Part shown: positions 49,852 through 61,735 of the stretch, one piece after another
Layout of the letters: each line of letters starts with the position of its first letter
Position numbering within the stretch: position 1 is the first letter of the stretch
NCBI RefSeq assembly: GCF_006345805.1
Contig: NC_043005.1
Coordinates: forward strand, 97,960,001 to 98,024,000
Reading direction: 5' to 3'
DNA: 64,000 nucleotides
DNA from: Octopus sinensis
Lineage: Eukaryota
Position numbers and translations under genes: made by a program
Notes under the pieces: generated by a model
Databases searched by the model: none
Seen by the model: the letters and a program-made list of their open reading frames with translations, nothing else
What the model was told of the DNA's origin: nothing

Positions 49852-50339
49852 TGATTTTTTAAAATTTTTGATAAAATCAATAAAAATTGATAAAAAAATT
49901 TAAGAAAATAATTTGATTAAGTTCTACTTTCATGTTTGTTATTTTTACCTGAATACCAAATGGTATGTTATATGATTTGTTTTGTCAGTTTAGTTTTTGT
50001 ACATAATCTTGTGGTGTCCTCGAAAAAAATTGTTGGCATAAGGACCTGGGTTCAATCCCACTGCACAACACCTACAGCAAGTGTCTTTTACCACACTCCC
50101 ATGTAAGCCCAAGCTTTCTGAACAAAGCTGGGCAGACATAACTGAGTATACATAATGGGGTTGATATAACTGGGTAAACAAAATCTCCTTGGAAGCCTGC
50201 TGGGTGAATCGTACCAGTAATTTTATGGTCTGAATGTGTCGCATATTGAATCTAAAACCTACATTAAAAGTAGAAGTATCTGTGGAATACTCAGCCACTT
50301 GTGGTATAAAGTAGTGTGTAATTGGTTCAGTTGATTAAA

Positions 50340-50590
50340 CAAAGCTTGGCTGCGTGGTTAAGAAGTTTGCCTTCCTACCACATGATTTGGTTTTGGACTC
50401 AGACTCACTGCATGGTACCTGGGGCAAATAACTTCAGCTATAGCCCTGGGCTACCTAAAGCCTTCTGAGTGTATTTGGAAGACAGAAACTGAAAGAAGCC
50501 CATTAAATTATACATATATAATTATCATCATTTGACGTCCGTTTTCCATGCTAGCATGGGTTGGATGAACCACATAGTTCCGGGTTCAGT
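50340..50590. mobile_element. Family-1 SINE 5' half (+) followed by an RTE tail scrap (-) and a SINE scrap
   Basis: Consensus matches at 50345-50505, 50523-50567 and 50568-50590. Confidence 0.7.
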
Positions 50591-51489
50591 AGTAATTTTT
50601 TATTTGTTATGTAAAATTGTATTTAAGCAAATATTTTTAATAATAATAGAAACTTCATTTAATTCTATAAATGAGTGAAATATTAAATCTTTACATAAAT
50701 TAATTAATTATATAATAAGTTTGACTAATTTGTGCGTATATATTTGAACCATTTTTCTATTTTTAATTCTTGTAGTTATAGTTTGTAGTAGAATTATGTA
50801 TATAAGTAGTTTTTTAGTTTTTTATATAAGTAGTTTTTTAGTATATATTACTTAATTAGATTAAGATTAAACGTAGATGTTTATTAAATAAATGCATAAA
50901 TAAATAATTTAATGGATATAGATTAAATTATAGTATTTAGCTTCACTTAATGTATATTATGTATTTTAAATATTTTGATTTAAATATTTTGTATTAATTA
51001 CTTGTACTTTAACTTTCCAGTAATGATATACTATAGCCTGTTATTTTCTTCTATAAGCTAATATATATTTTCATAGATAAAATAAATATTTCTATCTATT
51101 TATTCTATTTTTATTTATACCACGTTTTTAATGAGATAAATTTATTATTAAAACTAAGTCCTATGTATTAAGTTTGATGATTTAATTAAGAGAATATATT
51201 CAATAAGATAAGTCATGTTTTTATTTTAAGATCAATTGTTGAATTTTGTTCGATTTTTTATTGTAAAATTACGTATTTTTATATATATTTATCGTTTCTT
51301 ATAAGATGATATACGTACACTTATTTAATTATTTTATTGTTTTTATCTTAGACCAGATGAGTAACTATATCTAAATTGAATTGATTTTATTGTTATCAAT
51401 TTGAAAATATAGCCACAAAACACATGTAGTCTATTTACTAATTATAAACTATTTATTTATTATTTAGTACTTTATTTAGTTGTAGGTCC

Positions 51490-52397
51490 AGTGAAATGTG
51501 GACCATGACTGCTGAGGACATATGTAGGCTTGAAAGAAATGAAGCTTGTATGATCTGCTGGATGTGTAATGTCAGTGTGCATACACGACAGAGTGTGAGC
51601 ACCCCGAGAGAAAAGTTGGACATAAGAAGCATCAGATGTGGTGTGCAAGAGAGATGACTGTGCTGGTATGGTTATCTGTTATGTATGGATGAGGACAGTT
51701 GTGTGAGGAAGTGCCACACCCTAACTGTAGAAAGAACTTGAACATTGGGCCTCCAAGACTTTTGGAGATATGCTGTGATTGAGAAGACCTGGCAACTAAA
51801 GTGAGATTGCAGCAATGGCTGATGCTAGTGTTGAATGTCCGGCCCATTTAAGAGTACCCTTGATGTGTTGGGTGATGTGATATGCTTGATAAGACCTGCT
51901 GAGTTTAGTAAAACCAAAATTGTAACTGTAGCCAGTGCCCAGTGAATGGCTCCCATTCCGGTGGCACATAAAATGCATCATTTGAACGTGGTCGATGCGT
52001 GTCCCCTGACTGCGTCCCATGCTGGTGACATATAAAAAGCACCATCCGAAAATAGCTGGCACCAGTGCCCCCTGAGTGGCTCCCGTGCCAGTGACACATA
52101 AAGGACACTATCTGAATGTGATCAATGCCAGGGCTGCCTGGCTCCTTTGCCAGTGGCACGTACAAAATACCATCTGAACATGATTGATGCCGGTGCGCCT
52201 AACTGGCTTCTGTGTTGCTGGCATGTAAAAAGCACCCACTACACTCTCAGAGTGGTTGGTATTTGGAAGGGCATCCAGCTGTAGTGACATTGCCAGATTA
52301 GAGTGGAGCTTGGTGCAGCCACTGGCTCTCCAGACCTCAGTCAAAGCGTCCAACCTATGCTAGCATGGAAAACGGAAGTTAAACGATGATCATCATC
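51490..52397 (+). mobile_element. Degraded RTE C-terminal fragment, 3'UTR and tail
   Basis: SEMWTMTAEDICRLERNEA...WMCNVSVH; repeat units; GGAAGGGCATCCAGCTGTAG; (GAT)n. Confidence 0.85.
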
Positions 52398-52575
52398 ATG
52401 ATATTAACCACAACACACACACACACATAAATATATATGTATTATATGTGTGTGTATGTATTCTCATCCAAAATGGATGAGAATGAATATATAGGCAAAA
52501 TACCTCTCTCTCAAATTTAGGTATTTATACCTACTAATAACTATTTCTCTCCTAAGAAAGGAATGGCTGCCGGTC

Positions 52576-55033
52576 TTTGCGGTGCACTCGCCCTCCCACC
52601 CTCTCCACCGGTACAGGAAGTCCTAAATTTTCTCATCCTTGTCACCCTTGTACACTTCAAAGTCTTACGCCACCCTCACCCCCTACCATAAAAGGTAGTG
52701 GTCATTCATTGCAAGATACACTTCAGGTCTTACGTCACCCCCCTCCTTCCATAAAAGGTAGTGGTCATTCATTGCAAGATATGTTTAGTGTTGTGTACGC
52801 GGTTTGAACTTGAGTTCTATTGTTTGTCTATGAATCCTGCAAACGCGAGTTTTCTTTCAGGCCTTGATGCTACTAGGGCCAATACCACCCTCACCCACAC
52901 CTCAGGCTTGGCACCCTCAACGTTGGCACACTGAAAGGAGATCTGGCGAGATCGTTGAATTGCTTGAACGGAGGTGTGTGATATATGCTGCATTCAAGAA
53001 GTGAGTGGAGAGGAGGTTCTGCTAGGTTCCTCACAGGCAAAGGACAGAGGTACAAGATTTTCTGGGCTGGGAATACTGAGGGGTCGGGGTGTGGGCATGC
53101 TTATCGCCGAAAAATGGGTAGATAAGGTAATCGAGGCAGTCAGAGTATGTGACAGAATAATTAAGATTAGATTAGTGCTCCATCATAGTTTAGCAACTAT
53201 TATATCGGCCTATGCCCCTCAGCCAGGGCTACCTGATGGACAGAAAGACTGTTTCTATGGGTTGGGGTCCACCAAGGTTCAGTCCTCAGTCCCCTCCTAT
53301 TTATCATAGTCCTCCAGGCAATAACGGAGGAATTCAAGACAGGATGCCCCTGGGAGCTCCTCTATGCTGATGACCTTGCTCTAATTGCTGAGTCACTATC
53401 AGAACTGGAGGAGAAGTTTCAGGTGTGGAAGCAAGGTCTAGAATCGAAGGGCCTTAGAATCAACCTAGCCAAAACCAAAGTCCTAATAAGTAGGAAAGTA
53501 GACAAGTCACAAACGCCTTCAGGTAGAGGCCCTGCTCGATCTGTAGTAGAGGTGTAGGTAGAAACTCTATAAGGTGCACCAAGTGCAAGCTATGGACACA
53601 TAAGAGGTGTAGCAATGTCAAAGGAAGGCTAACTAGGAAAATAGTTTTGTCTGTGGCAGATGCTCAGGAGCAATAAACACTGAAAATGTGCAGAGACCAA
53701 CGTCTACCATGTTCCAGGGAGAAAAACTAGAAGTAGTTGATAGCTTCCGCTACCTAGGTGACCAAGTCAGTAGCAGGGGTGGGTGTGCTGAAAGTGTAAC
53801 TGCTAGAGTAAGAATAGCCTGGGCAAAGTTTAGAGAGCTCTTACCTCTGCTGGTGACAAAAGGCCTCTCGCTCAGAGTAAAAGGCAGACTGTATGATGCA
53901 TGTGTACGTACAGCCATGCTACATGGTAGTGAAACATGGGCTGTGACTGCTGAGGATATGCGTAAGCTCGCAAGAAATGAAGCCAGTATGCTCCGATGGA
54001 TGTGTAATGTCAGTGTTCATAATCAACAGAGTGTAAGTACCTTGAGAGAAAAGATGAACCTAAGAAGCATCAGTTGTGGTGTGCAAGAGAGACGTCTGCG
54101 CTGGTATGGGCATGTGATGAGAATGGGTGAAGATAGTTGTGTGCAAAAGTGCCAATCCCTAGCAGTTGAGGGAACCTGTGGAAGAGGTAGACCCAGGAAA
54201 ACCTGGGACGAGGTAGTGAAGCACGACCTTCGAACTTTAGGTCTCACCAAAGAAATGACTAGAGACCAAGACCTATGGAAGTATGCTGTGCGTGAGAAGA
54301 CCCGGCAAGACCAGTGAGAACAGTCAAAATCAAACCAAATCAACATCAGTGGAAATTGCAGCTGTGGTTAAACGAACCATCCGATCGTTTGTCCGTTGCC
54401 AGCCTCGCCTGGCCCCCGTGCCGGTAGCACATAAAAGCACCATCCGTTCGTGTCCGTTGCCAGCCTCGACTGGCCCCCGTGCCGTTGGCACGTAAAAGCA
54501 CCATCCGCTCATGTCCGTTGCCAGCCTCGCTTGGCCCCCGTGTCGGTAGCACGTAAAAGCAGCATTCCGTTCGTGTCCGTTGCCAGCCTTGCCTGGCCCC
54601 CGTGCCGGTAGCACGTAAAAGCAGCATCCATTCGTGGCCGTTGCCAGCCTCGCCTGGCCCCCGTGTCGGTAGCACGTAGAAGCACCATCCGTTCGTGTCC
54701 GTTGCCAGCCTCGCTTGGCCCCCGTGCCGGTAGCACGTAAAAGCAGCATCCATTCGTGGCCGTTGCCAGCCTCGCCTGGCCCCCGTGCCGGTGGCACGTA
54801 AAACACCATCCGTTCGTGGCCGTTGCCAGCTCTGTCTGGCACTGTGCAGGTGGCACGTAAAAGCACCCACTACACTCACGGAGTGGTTGGCGTTAGGAAG
54901 GGCATCCAGCCGTAGAAACACTGCCAAATCTGACTGGGCCTGATGAAGCCTTCCGGCTTCACAGACCCCAGTTAAACCGTCCAACCCATGCTAGCATGGA
55001 AAATGGACGCTAAATGATGATGATGATGATGAT
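52576..55033 (+). mobile_element. RTE-clade LINE retaining its 5'UTR and APE N-terminus, with a large internal deletion and a 3'UTR tandem array
   Basis: APE start LRLGTLNVGTLKG...DICCIQE...GVG...DRII...ISAYAPQ is joined near 53260 to RT VHQGSVLSP/YADD. ORF 53688..54317 gives the RTE C-terminus; (GAT)n tail at 55015-55033. Confidence 0.95.
54376..54864 (+). repeat. 8 tandem copies of a 60-63-bp unit in the RTE 3'UTR
   Basis: Unit starts at 54376, 54439, 54500, 54561, 54623, 54684, 54745 and 54805; consensus ACCATCCGTTCGTGTCCGTTGCCAGCCTCGCCTGGCCCCCGTGCCGGTAGCACGTAAAAGC. Confidence 0.97.
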
Positions 55034-55079
55034 GATATATATATATACACACACACACAAGCACAGTTACATGCATATG

Positions 55080-55345
55080 TGTGTGTGAGTATGTGTATGT
55101 TTGTGTCTTCTTGTCTTGACATTGTGTGGTTGTTGTGAAAGTCACTGCCATACAAACAGCATAATTTGTTTTCAATATTTTGCATAGACCTGCCTGGCCA
55201 TGCTAAATAGTATCTTGCTTGGAAACAAACGAGCACTAGTGACAAGAAGGAACATCCACTTATAGAAAATCTGCCTCAATGAGCTGTGCCTGATCCATGC
55301 AAGCACGGAAAAGTGGACATTAAAATGACAATGATGGTGAATGCT
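55080..55345 (+). mobile_element. Second (GAT)n-tailed retroelement tail family
   Basis: GTGACAAGAAGGAACATCC..TATAGAAAATCTGCCTC...GCAAGCACGGAAAAGTGGACATTAAAATGA. Confidence 0.6.
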
Positions 55346-55707
55346 GATAGTCACAACCAACTGAGATCCATTTATTTTACTTTTACTTTCCCCTAATGAT
55401 ATGGGTTTGATAGGTGTACCAAACAAAAACACATCAATCATTTTAGTCTTTTAATTATCTCTTCTTACTGTCTTGTTAGCTGATGTTACTACTTTTTAAC
55501 ATACCTTGCTTCCAGTAAACACATCAGTAGGTCAGCTATCAGGAGAGTTTGTTATTAGTCATTTCGCTTGTAAGTGCTGTTATAGAATATATTTCAGCAA
55601 CATCCCCCTACAATCTTTACAAAAAATAAGATGTCTGTTTATTCAGCCAGTTCAACCTCGAAAACTCGAAAATAACAATGTCAAATAATTTAATGTTTAT
55701 TGATATA

Positions 55708-56092
55708 TTAGCTGTATCACCTGGCGTTGCCCGGGTTTTTTTCGACCCTTTAGAATTGGAATTTTTGAAAAGTAAAAATTTTGCATTATGTAGTTTGTTA
55801 TTCTCTTTAAGTGAACATTTTTCTGGTTGAAATACACTAAAAATGGCGACACCGCAGTAAAAAAATCGTAAAAAATAGGGATTTTCATAGAAAAAAAGCA
55901 CCTTTTTGATGTAAATAATTTTTGGTGTTAACATGGTCCAATTTGAATTTTTTTCTTCTACAGAAGGAAGAGCAAGCCTTCTTCTATTCATACTCTCAAA
56001 TTTGGTCAACTTGTGCCACAGGGTCTCAGAGGAGATAGTGTTAGTTGAAGGCTACCAAACCTGCCACACACAGACAACTTCAGCTTTATAGA
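55708..56092 (-). mobile_element. Non-autonomous Helitron
   Basis: Minus strand A|TCTATAAAGCTGAAGTTGTCTGTG ... CCCGGGCAACGCCAGG hairpin ... CAGCTAA|T: 5'-TC, subterminal hairpin, CTA(G/A) end, inserted between A and T. Confidence 0.8.
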
Positions 56093-57274
56093 TTAATGTA
56101 ATACAAAGTTTATTCTATGACTATGTTGTTTGACGTTCAGACCCACTGCACAGCATTTTTGATACGCGGTCTTCCAAGTAACCTTTCTCAGTGGAGTTGG
56201 GAAATAGAAACTACCAGAAATCTGTAATGAAGGTGCATGTGTGTGTGTGAGTGTTTGTGTGTGTGTGTGTGTATGTGTGTGCTTGAGTGTGTCTCTGTGT
56301 ATGCATATGCATGACTATACAATCAAACAAACTGCAATAATGTAGAATTTAGTGCTAACATGCTATCTTAAAAATAGCGCTTTGGGTAGTGACATGGATT
56401 TTTATGAACAGTGAATTGGCACAGGCATGGCAGTATAGTTAAGAAGTTTGCTTACCAAACACATGGTTTTAGGTTCAATTTCACTGCATGGCACATTGGG
56501 CAAGAAAGGAAAGCATAGACACATACACAATGTGTATGAAACAATGGTTTACTGAATCATGATATATTGTACATGATAAACCATCTAAAAGATGTACTGA
56601 GGTGACAGCCCAGTATCACATCCTTCCTACAGCTTGTATTTATAATATCATGAAATAACAGAAAGAATAAGAAGGGAAAAGCTATGGATTCTCTTTACTT
56701 ATTGATAAAAGGCAGGTTTTCCCTGCCAGGGGAGCACAATTAGGACTAGCAACTGTTCAATGCTGTATTTTCACAATAGAAAAGCTATCATTTGTTTGGC
56801 TGGCTTCATTGGCATCCAGTGTATGATGATGATGATGCTGATGCTGATGATGATAATTATGACAACAATAATTAAATATGTATTCAAAATCATATCTGAA
56901 TGTTTGGGAAGCATACATATTACAGAGACATGCATTTAGACATTATCTACTCAATCCTTTTTTAAATTATTCCAGTAGATAAAGAACAAAAACAAAAAAC
57001 AAAACTCAAAAACAAACCTGCAACAAATCATAATATAGTTAATACTCATTGTAAATGTAAAGACTAAAAAAGAGAGAAAAAGAAAACCTTATTTAAAAGA
57101 GACGACTTTATACGGATTTAATTTACATTTTTGCTTGAATCGAGATGATAGAAATAATTGTTTTAGTTTTGAAAACACTTAGAGTGTAAATAATTCAATA
57201 AGGATTACAGTATTTTCAAAACAAGAGCTCTACAATATACTTATTTCTTGAACACAATGCAATGTACACTATTT

Positions 57275-57685
57275 ACAAAAAGCTACGATGTTTCTGTCTT
57301 GCTGTATGGATAAACAATAACTCTGGGCACCTTTTCAAACTCCACCTGTCTAACACCCGTGGACATGTTTACAAAGTCAGAAAACAGCACAGCTCCCATG
57401 ACTTTCAGAAACATTTTTTCCCGCTAAGAGTTGCTGAAGCATGGAACAAACTGCCGGCATCAGTTGCTAGTTGTCGGAGCACTGCATCCTTCAAAACTTC
57501 CATGCTTCCTGAGATTCGCCAACACTACACCTGATTTTCTCCCCTCTATACACACGCAAGCATGTATCTGACTCATACACTGTTCACTTCCCAGACATTT
57601 GTACATTACTGCATATGCTTTATGCACACTTTTGACAAATTGTAGTGCACCTGAGCACTGTATACAATAATTTCATTATTATTTT
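57275..57685 (+). mobile_element. 3' end of a CR1-clade LINE
   Basis: NTRGHVYKVRKQ...FFPLRVAEAWNKLPASV...FKTSM matches the CR1 TRGH...FF..RV...WN.LP motif; 3'UTR and (ATT)n tail. Confidence 0.9.
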
Positions 57686-57902
57686 TATTATTTAATACCC
57701 AAAAGAGGCAAAATGTCACAGTTCTAGTAAGGTGCTTATAGTCTTTGAAAGAAAACATCACATATTACAGCACTGAGTAGAGAGTTCTGGAGAGGTGCAA
57801 ACCTTACTTCAATAGCAGTAGAAAGTGAAGAATTAAGCTCAAGGGAAAGAAGAATTCTACTGAAGAACTCTCTTTTCCCAAACACTTACCTATACTGTAA
57901 AA

Positions 57903-58095
57903 GCATGCTTCCTGAGATTCGCCAACACTACACCTGATTTTCTCCCCTCCATACACACACAAGCATGTATCTGACTCATACACTGTTCACTTTCCAGATG
58001 TTTTGTACATTACTGCATATGCTTTATACGCACTTTTGACAAGTTGTGGTGCACCTGAGCACTGTAGACAATAATTTCATTATTATTATTATATT
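57903..58095 (+). mobile_element. Second, shorter copy of the same CR1 3' end
   Basis: Near-identical to 57502-57685. Confidence 0.9.
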
Positions 58096-58624
58096 ATTAT
58101 TCATTACTGTGAATGATAGAATGATGTATTTCAAATACCAGCGAATTCAATTTCAGCTATTTTTCCTCCCTTAGCACCAATAAAAAAAGATTTTCTTCTT
58201 CAAATAAATCGGAAAATTTTTGTTTTGGTAACAAGATTAATTGTTACCTGAATAAATTTCTTAAGCAGGAGAAATAAGGTATGCTAGGTCTCACTTCTAG
58301 TAATAATCTTTTGGTATTGACAGCTAAGGAATGAGTGCAGTAGAAAGAACAAGGAAAAATCTAAACATTTCTAAAGATACATTGAAAGGTTTCTCTCTTT
58401 TTATTTTGTTTTGAATTCTTTTCTTCTTTTTATTAATGTTGTAATTTGATACTCTGTATACAATAATTTAATGTGATTCTTCCAAATTTGGTGATTTGTA
58501 CACTATAATGTGATATAAAGTTTTTCATCGAAGTATTGTATGCAAACCAGCAAAGTTTCATATTTCCAATATCATTACTTTTTGGATATTTCTGTAAAGA
58601 TTTGAGATTTTGTGCATAATTATG

Positions 58625-59178
58625 TATCATCATCATCATCGTTTAACGTCCGTTTTCCATGCTAGCATAGGTTGGACGGTTCGACCAGGGTCTGGGAAGC
58701 CAGGAAGCTGCACCAGGCTCCAGTCTAATCTGGCAGTGTTTCTACAGCCCTTATTAACGCCAACCACTCTGTGAGTGTAGTGGGTGCTTTTTACGTGCCA
58801 CCGGCACAGGTGCCAGGGGAGGCTGGCAGTGGCTACGATCAGTTGGTGCTTTTTATATGCCACCGGCACAGAAGCCAGTCAAAGCGGAGCTGGCATCGGC
58901 CACATTCGGATGGTGCCTTTTGCGTGCCACCGGCACAGGTATCACAACTACAATTTCCATTTGATATTTATTTTGATGTTGATGTACTTGACTCAGTAGG
59001 TTTCCTCAAGCACAGCAGGTCATGTGTCACCGGCACAGAAGCCAGTCAAAGCGGAGCTGGCATCGGCCACATTCGGATGGTGCTTTTTACGTGCCGCCGG
59101 CACAGGTAGCATAACTACAATTTCCGTTTGATATTTATTTTGATGTTGATGTACTTGACTCAATAGGTACCCTCAAGC
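58625..59178 (-). mobile_element. RTE 3'UTR/tail copy with a duplicated 151-bp segment
   Basis: Consensus tail; 58861-59011 is repeated at 59028-59178. Confidence 0.9.
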
Positions 59179-59198
59179 TATATATATATATATATATA

Positions 59199-59612
59199 GG
59201 CACATGTGTGGCTGTGTTGTAAGAAGCTTGCTTCCCAACCACATGGTTCTGTGTTCAGTCCCACTGCATGGTACCTTGGGCTAGTGTCTTCTACTATGGT
59301 TTTGGGCTGACCAAAGCTCTGTGAGTAGATTTGGTAGACAGAAACTGAAAGAAGCCTATCATTTATATATATATCTGTGTGTGTGTATGTGTATATATGT
59401 ATTTGTTATTTGTGTCTGTGTTTGTCTCCCCACCATTGCTTGACAACCAATACTGGTTTATTTACGTTCCCCGTCACTTAGCAATTCAGTAAAAAGAGAC
59501 GGATAGAATAAGTGCTATGCTTATAAAGAATAAGTCCTGGGGTCGATTTCTTTGACTAAAGGTGGTGCTCCAGCATGGATGCAGTCAAATGACTAAAACA
59601 AGTAAAAGAATA
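59199..59612 (+). mobile_element. Family-1 SINE, full length
   Basis: Collinear with 39372-39777. Confidence 0.9.
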
Positions 59613-59646
59613 TATACATATATACACACATACATATATTATGATA

Positions 59647-59821
59647 TAGTTATTGAGACTCACATAGAAGACTTCAAGTTTCTGTATCAGTGATATGGTG
59701 ATCACTGCATTTCTTCAGCTGTCACAAGTCTGGTGCTAAGAGCACCAGATATGCAACATCCAGCAATCATCATATCATTGACACAGAAACTTAAAGTCCT
59801 GTACATGAGTCTCTATAACTG
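59647..59821. mobile_element. Palindromic Tc1/mariner-type MITE with TA TSD
   Basis: TA|(T)AGTTATTGAGACTC ... GAGTCTCTATAACTG|TA; ~57-bp arms and a central hairpin TCTGGTGCT-AAG-AGCACCAGA. Confidence 0.75.
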
Positions 59822-61559
59822 TAGTTCTCTATTTCCTTTGATATTGAAGTCTACTTCATTTGTCATCATACATGATTTGTTGATATATATATATATATAT
59901 ATATAAGTATAAGGTGTGTTATGAGTATTTATAGAACATGTATTCTATATAAACTCAACAAACAATTAAAGATGGAGAAGAGAAGATGTTAAACGTTTTA
60001 TAAAGTTTTAATCCATGCATACGATCGTTTTGAATGGTAACACCAACATGTAAGTAACATGGAAAAAATTAAATTTATTAATTATAATTATAATTAAATT
60101 AATTTAAGTACATATTACAATTTCCCTCAGTGCAAACAGAAGAATACATCAGAAAGAAAGTATCAGAAGAATATTATGTTGTTACAGAAGACGAGATGGA
60201 GGGTGTGTTACATAACTCATTTGGATATTCATAAAAGGATTATGAAAGTTGAAATATAATAGCATGCTTAGGTAGGGTAGAGTCTAGATGTGTAAGAACT
60301 AATCATTACTAAACAGAGGGAGAGGGAGAGATTGGAGAGGGAGAAAGAGAGCAAGAATGACAAAGTGTGAAAACACTTTACCGAATGGCTTGTTAGTTTA
60401 TTGTGCCGAGTTCAAACACCCTCTAAGTTATATTTGGGACAAGGTAGACAGGGTCTGTCAACTTGACTGGGAAACTCCAGTGAAGTCCAATCACACAGTA
60501 GGTTATGAAGTATCCATTACATAACTGACATTCTGCAACAGAATCTGAATGATTTCAGCGATGCTTGGAGAGTGCTCTTGAGTAATCTTTTAATCCTGTA
60601 ACAACAAGACAAGTGCAAGAAAACATTGGCGGTGGCTGGGGATTAAGAAATAGGCAAAAGTAATGTGTCAATTAGGAAACTATCTTCTTAAAATAATAAT
60701 AAAAAACAAGAGCAGTTATCTGTAATGAAAGATTTATTTGTTAAGAAGCTTATTTCTGGATATTGTGCTGAGCAAAGCACTGAATGCAGTCACATTAACC
60801 ATTATTGGATGTAAACAAACCATTTGTCTAACTTCAGAAGTAAGTTGAGAGAATCCCCAGCTTTTCACCTGTTATTCTGTAAAGAGATCCTAGATTCTGT
60901 TATTCCATGTTGGCCCTGGTCAAGGGTGAATGTCAAAGTGGATTGTCGTTGCAAAAAATCTTGTTGGGAATATATTGTGTATAATATGTTATGATTCTAT
61001 AATTCAGTACATCACAGTTTCAGAGAAAGTGTGAGTGTATCTTTTGTATAAAATAGATAAATGAATTGATATATTGTTTATTTTATGTCTGCTTTTTCCA
61101 TGGGTTGAATATGATAATATTTATTATTGAGACATTGTTTTACAACATGATGTCTTTCTTGTCACTGACCAAACATGCATTTCATGTAAACGATTATTAA
61201 TTACATTTATCTTTGAAAACACAGAGAGAGAGGATGATATTTTATTTCTAATAGGAAATGACAATTATGTTTTTTGCTTTCATACAAAGTCAGCATCGTT
61301 GTTTAACTGTTTAGTGTTCATATTGCTCTTATCAAATGTAGTGCTTATATGTTTACATCAGTTCGAATTACTCAGGCATTGTTGCTTTCAGATTTCAGTA
61401 ATGTGACTCTTTACTTTAGGAATGGCATTGTAGGGTAAGTGTAATAGGCCATACCTGGCTAGTTTTAACATAAAACAGGAAAAATATTTGGACTGGATAC
61501 AACCAGTTTAAATGCTAAAAGTTAAAACACAGACACACAAACATATGCACGCACATACA

Positions 61560-61735
61560 TATACATATATACGAGAGGCTTCTTTCAGTTTTCATCTACC
61601 AAATCCACTCACAAGGCCTTGGTTGGCATGAGGCTATAGTAGAAGACACTTGTACAAGATGTTATGCAGTGGGACTGAACCCGGAACCATGTAGTTCGTA
61701 AGCAAGCTACTTACCACACAACCGCTCCTATGCCT
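61560..61735 (-). mobile_element. Family-1 SINE 5' half
   Basis: Reverse complement of the head and CORE-like segment. Confidence 0.85.

Noticed and set aside
49217-49880. Long HTYI/MYVC repeat ORFs
   Set aside because: Translations of a (TACA)n microsatellite.
54376-54864. CRISPR-like array
   Set aside because: Units are contiguous near-identical repeats with no unique spacers, there are no cas genes, and the array lies in a eukaryotic LINE 3'UTR.
54330-54984. 178-212 aa minus-strand ORFs with a 61-nt-derived periodicity
   Set aside because: Antisense read-through of the tandem array; the unit length is not a multiple of 3 and there is no domain signature.
60131-60232. Possible plus-strand exon QTEEYIRKKVSEEYYVVTEDEMEG
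   Set aside because: Two frames are equally open, there is no recognisable family, and no linked exons.
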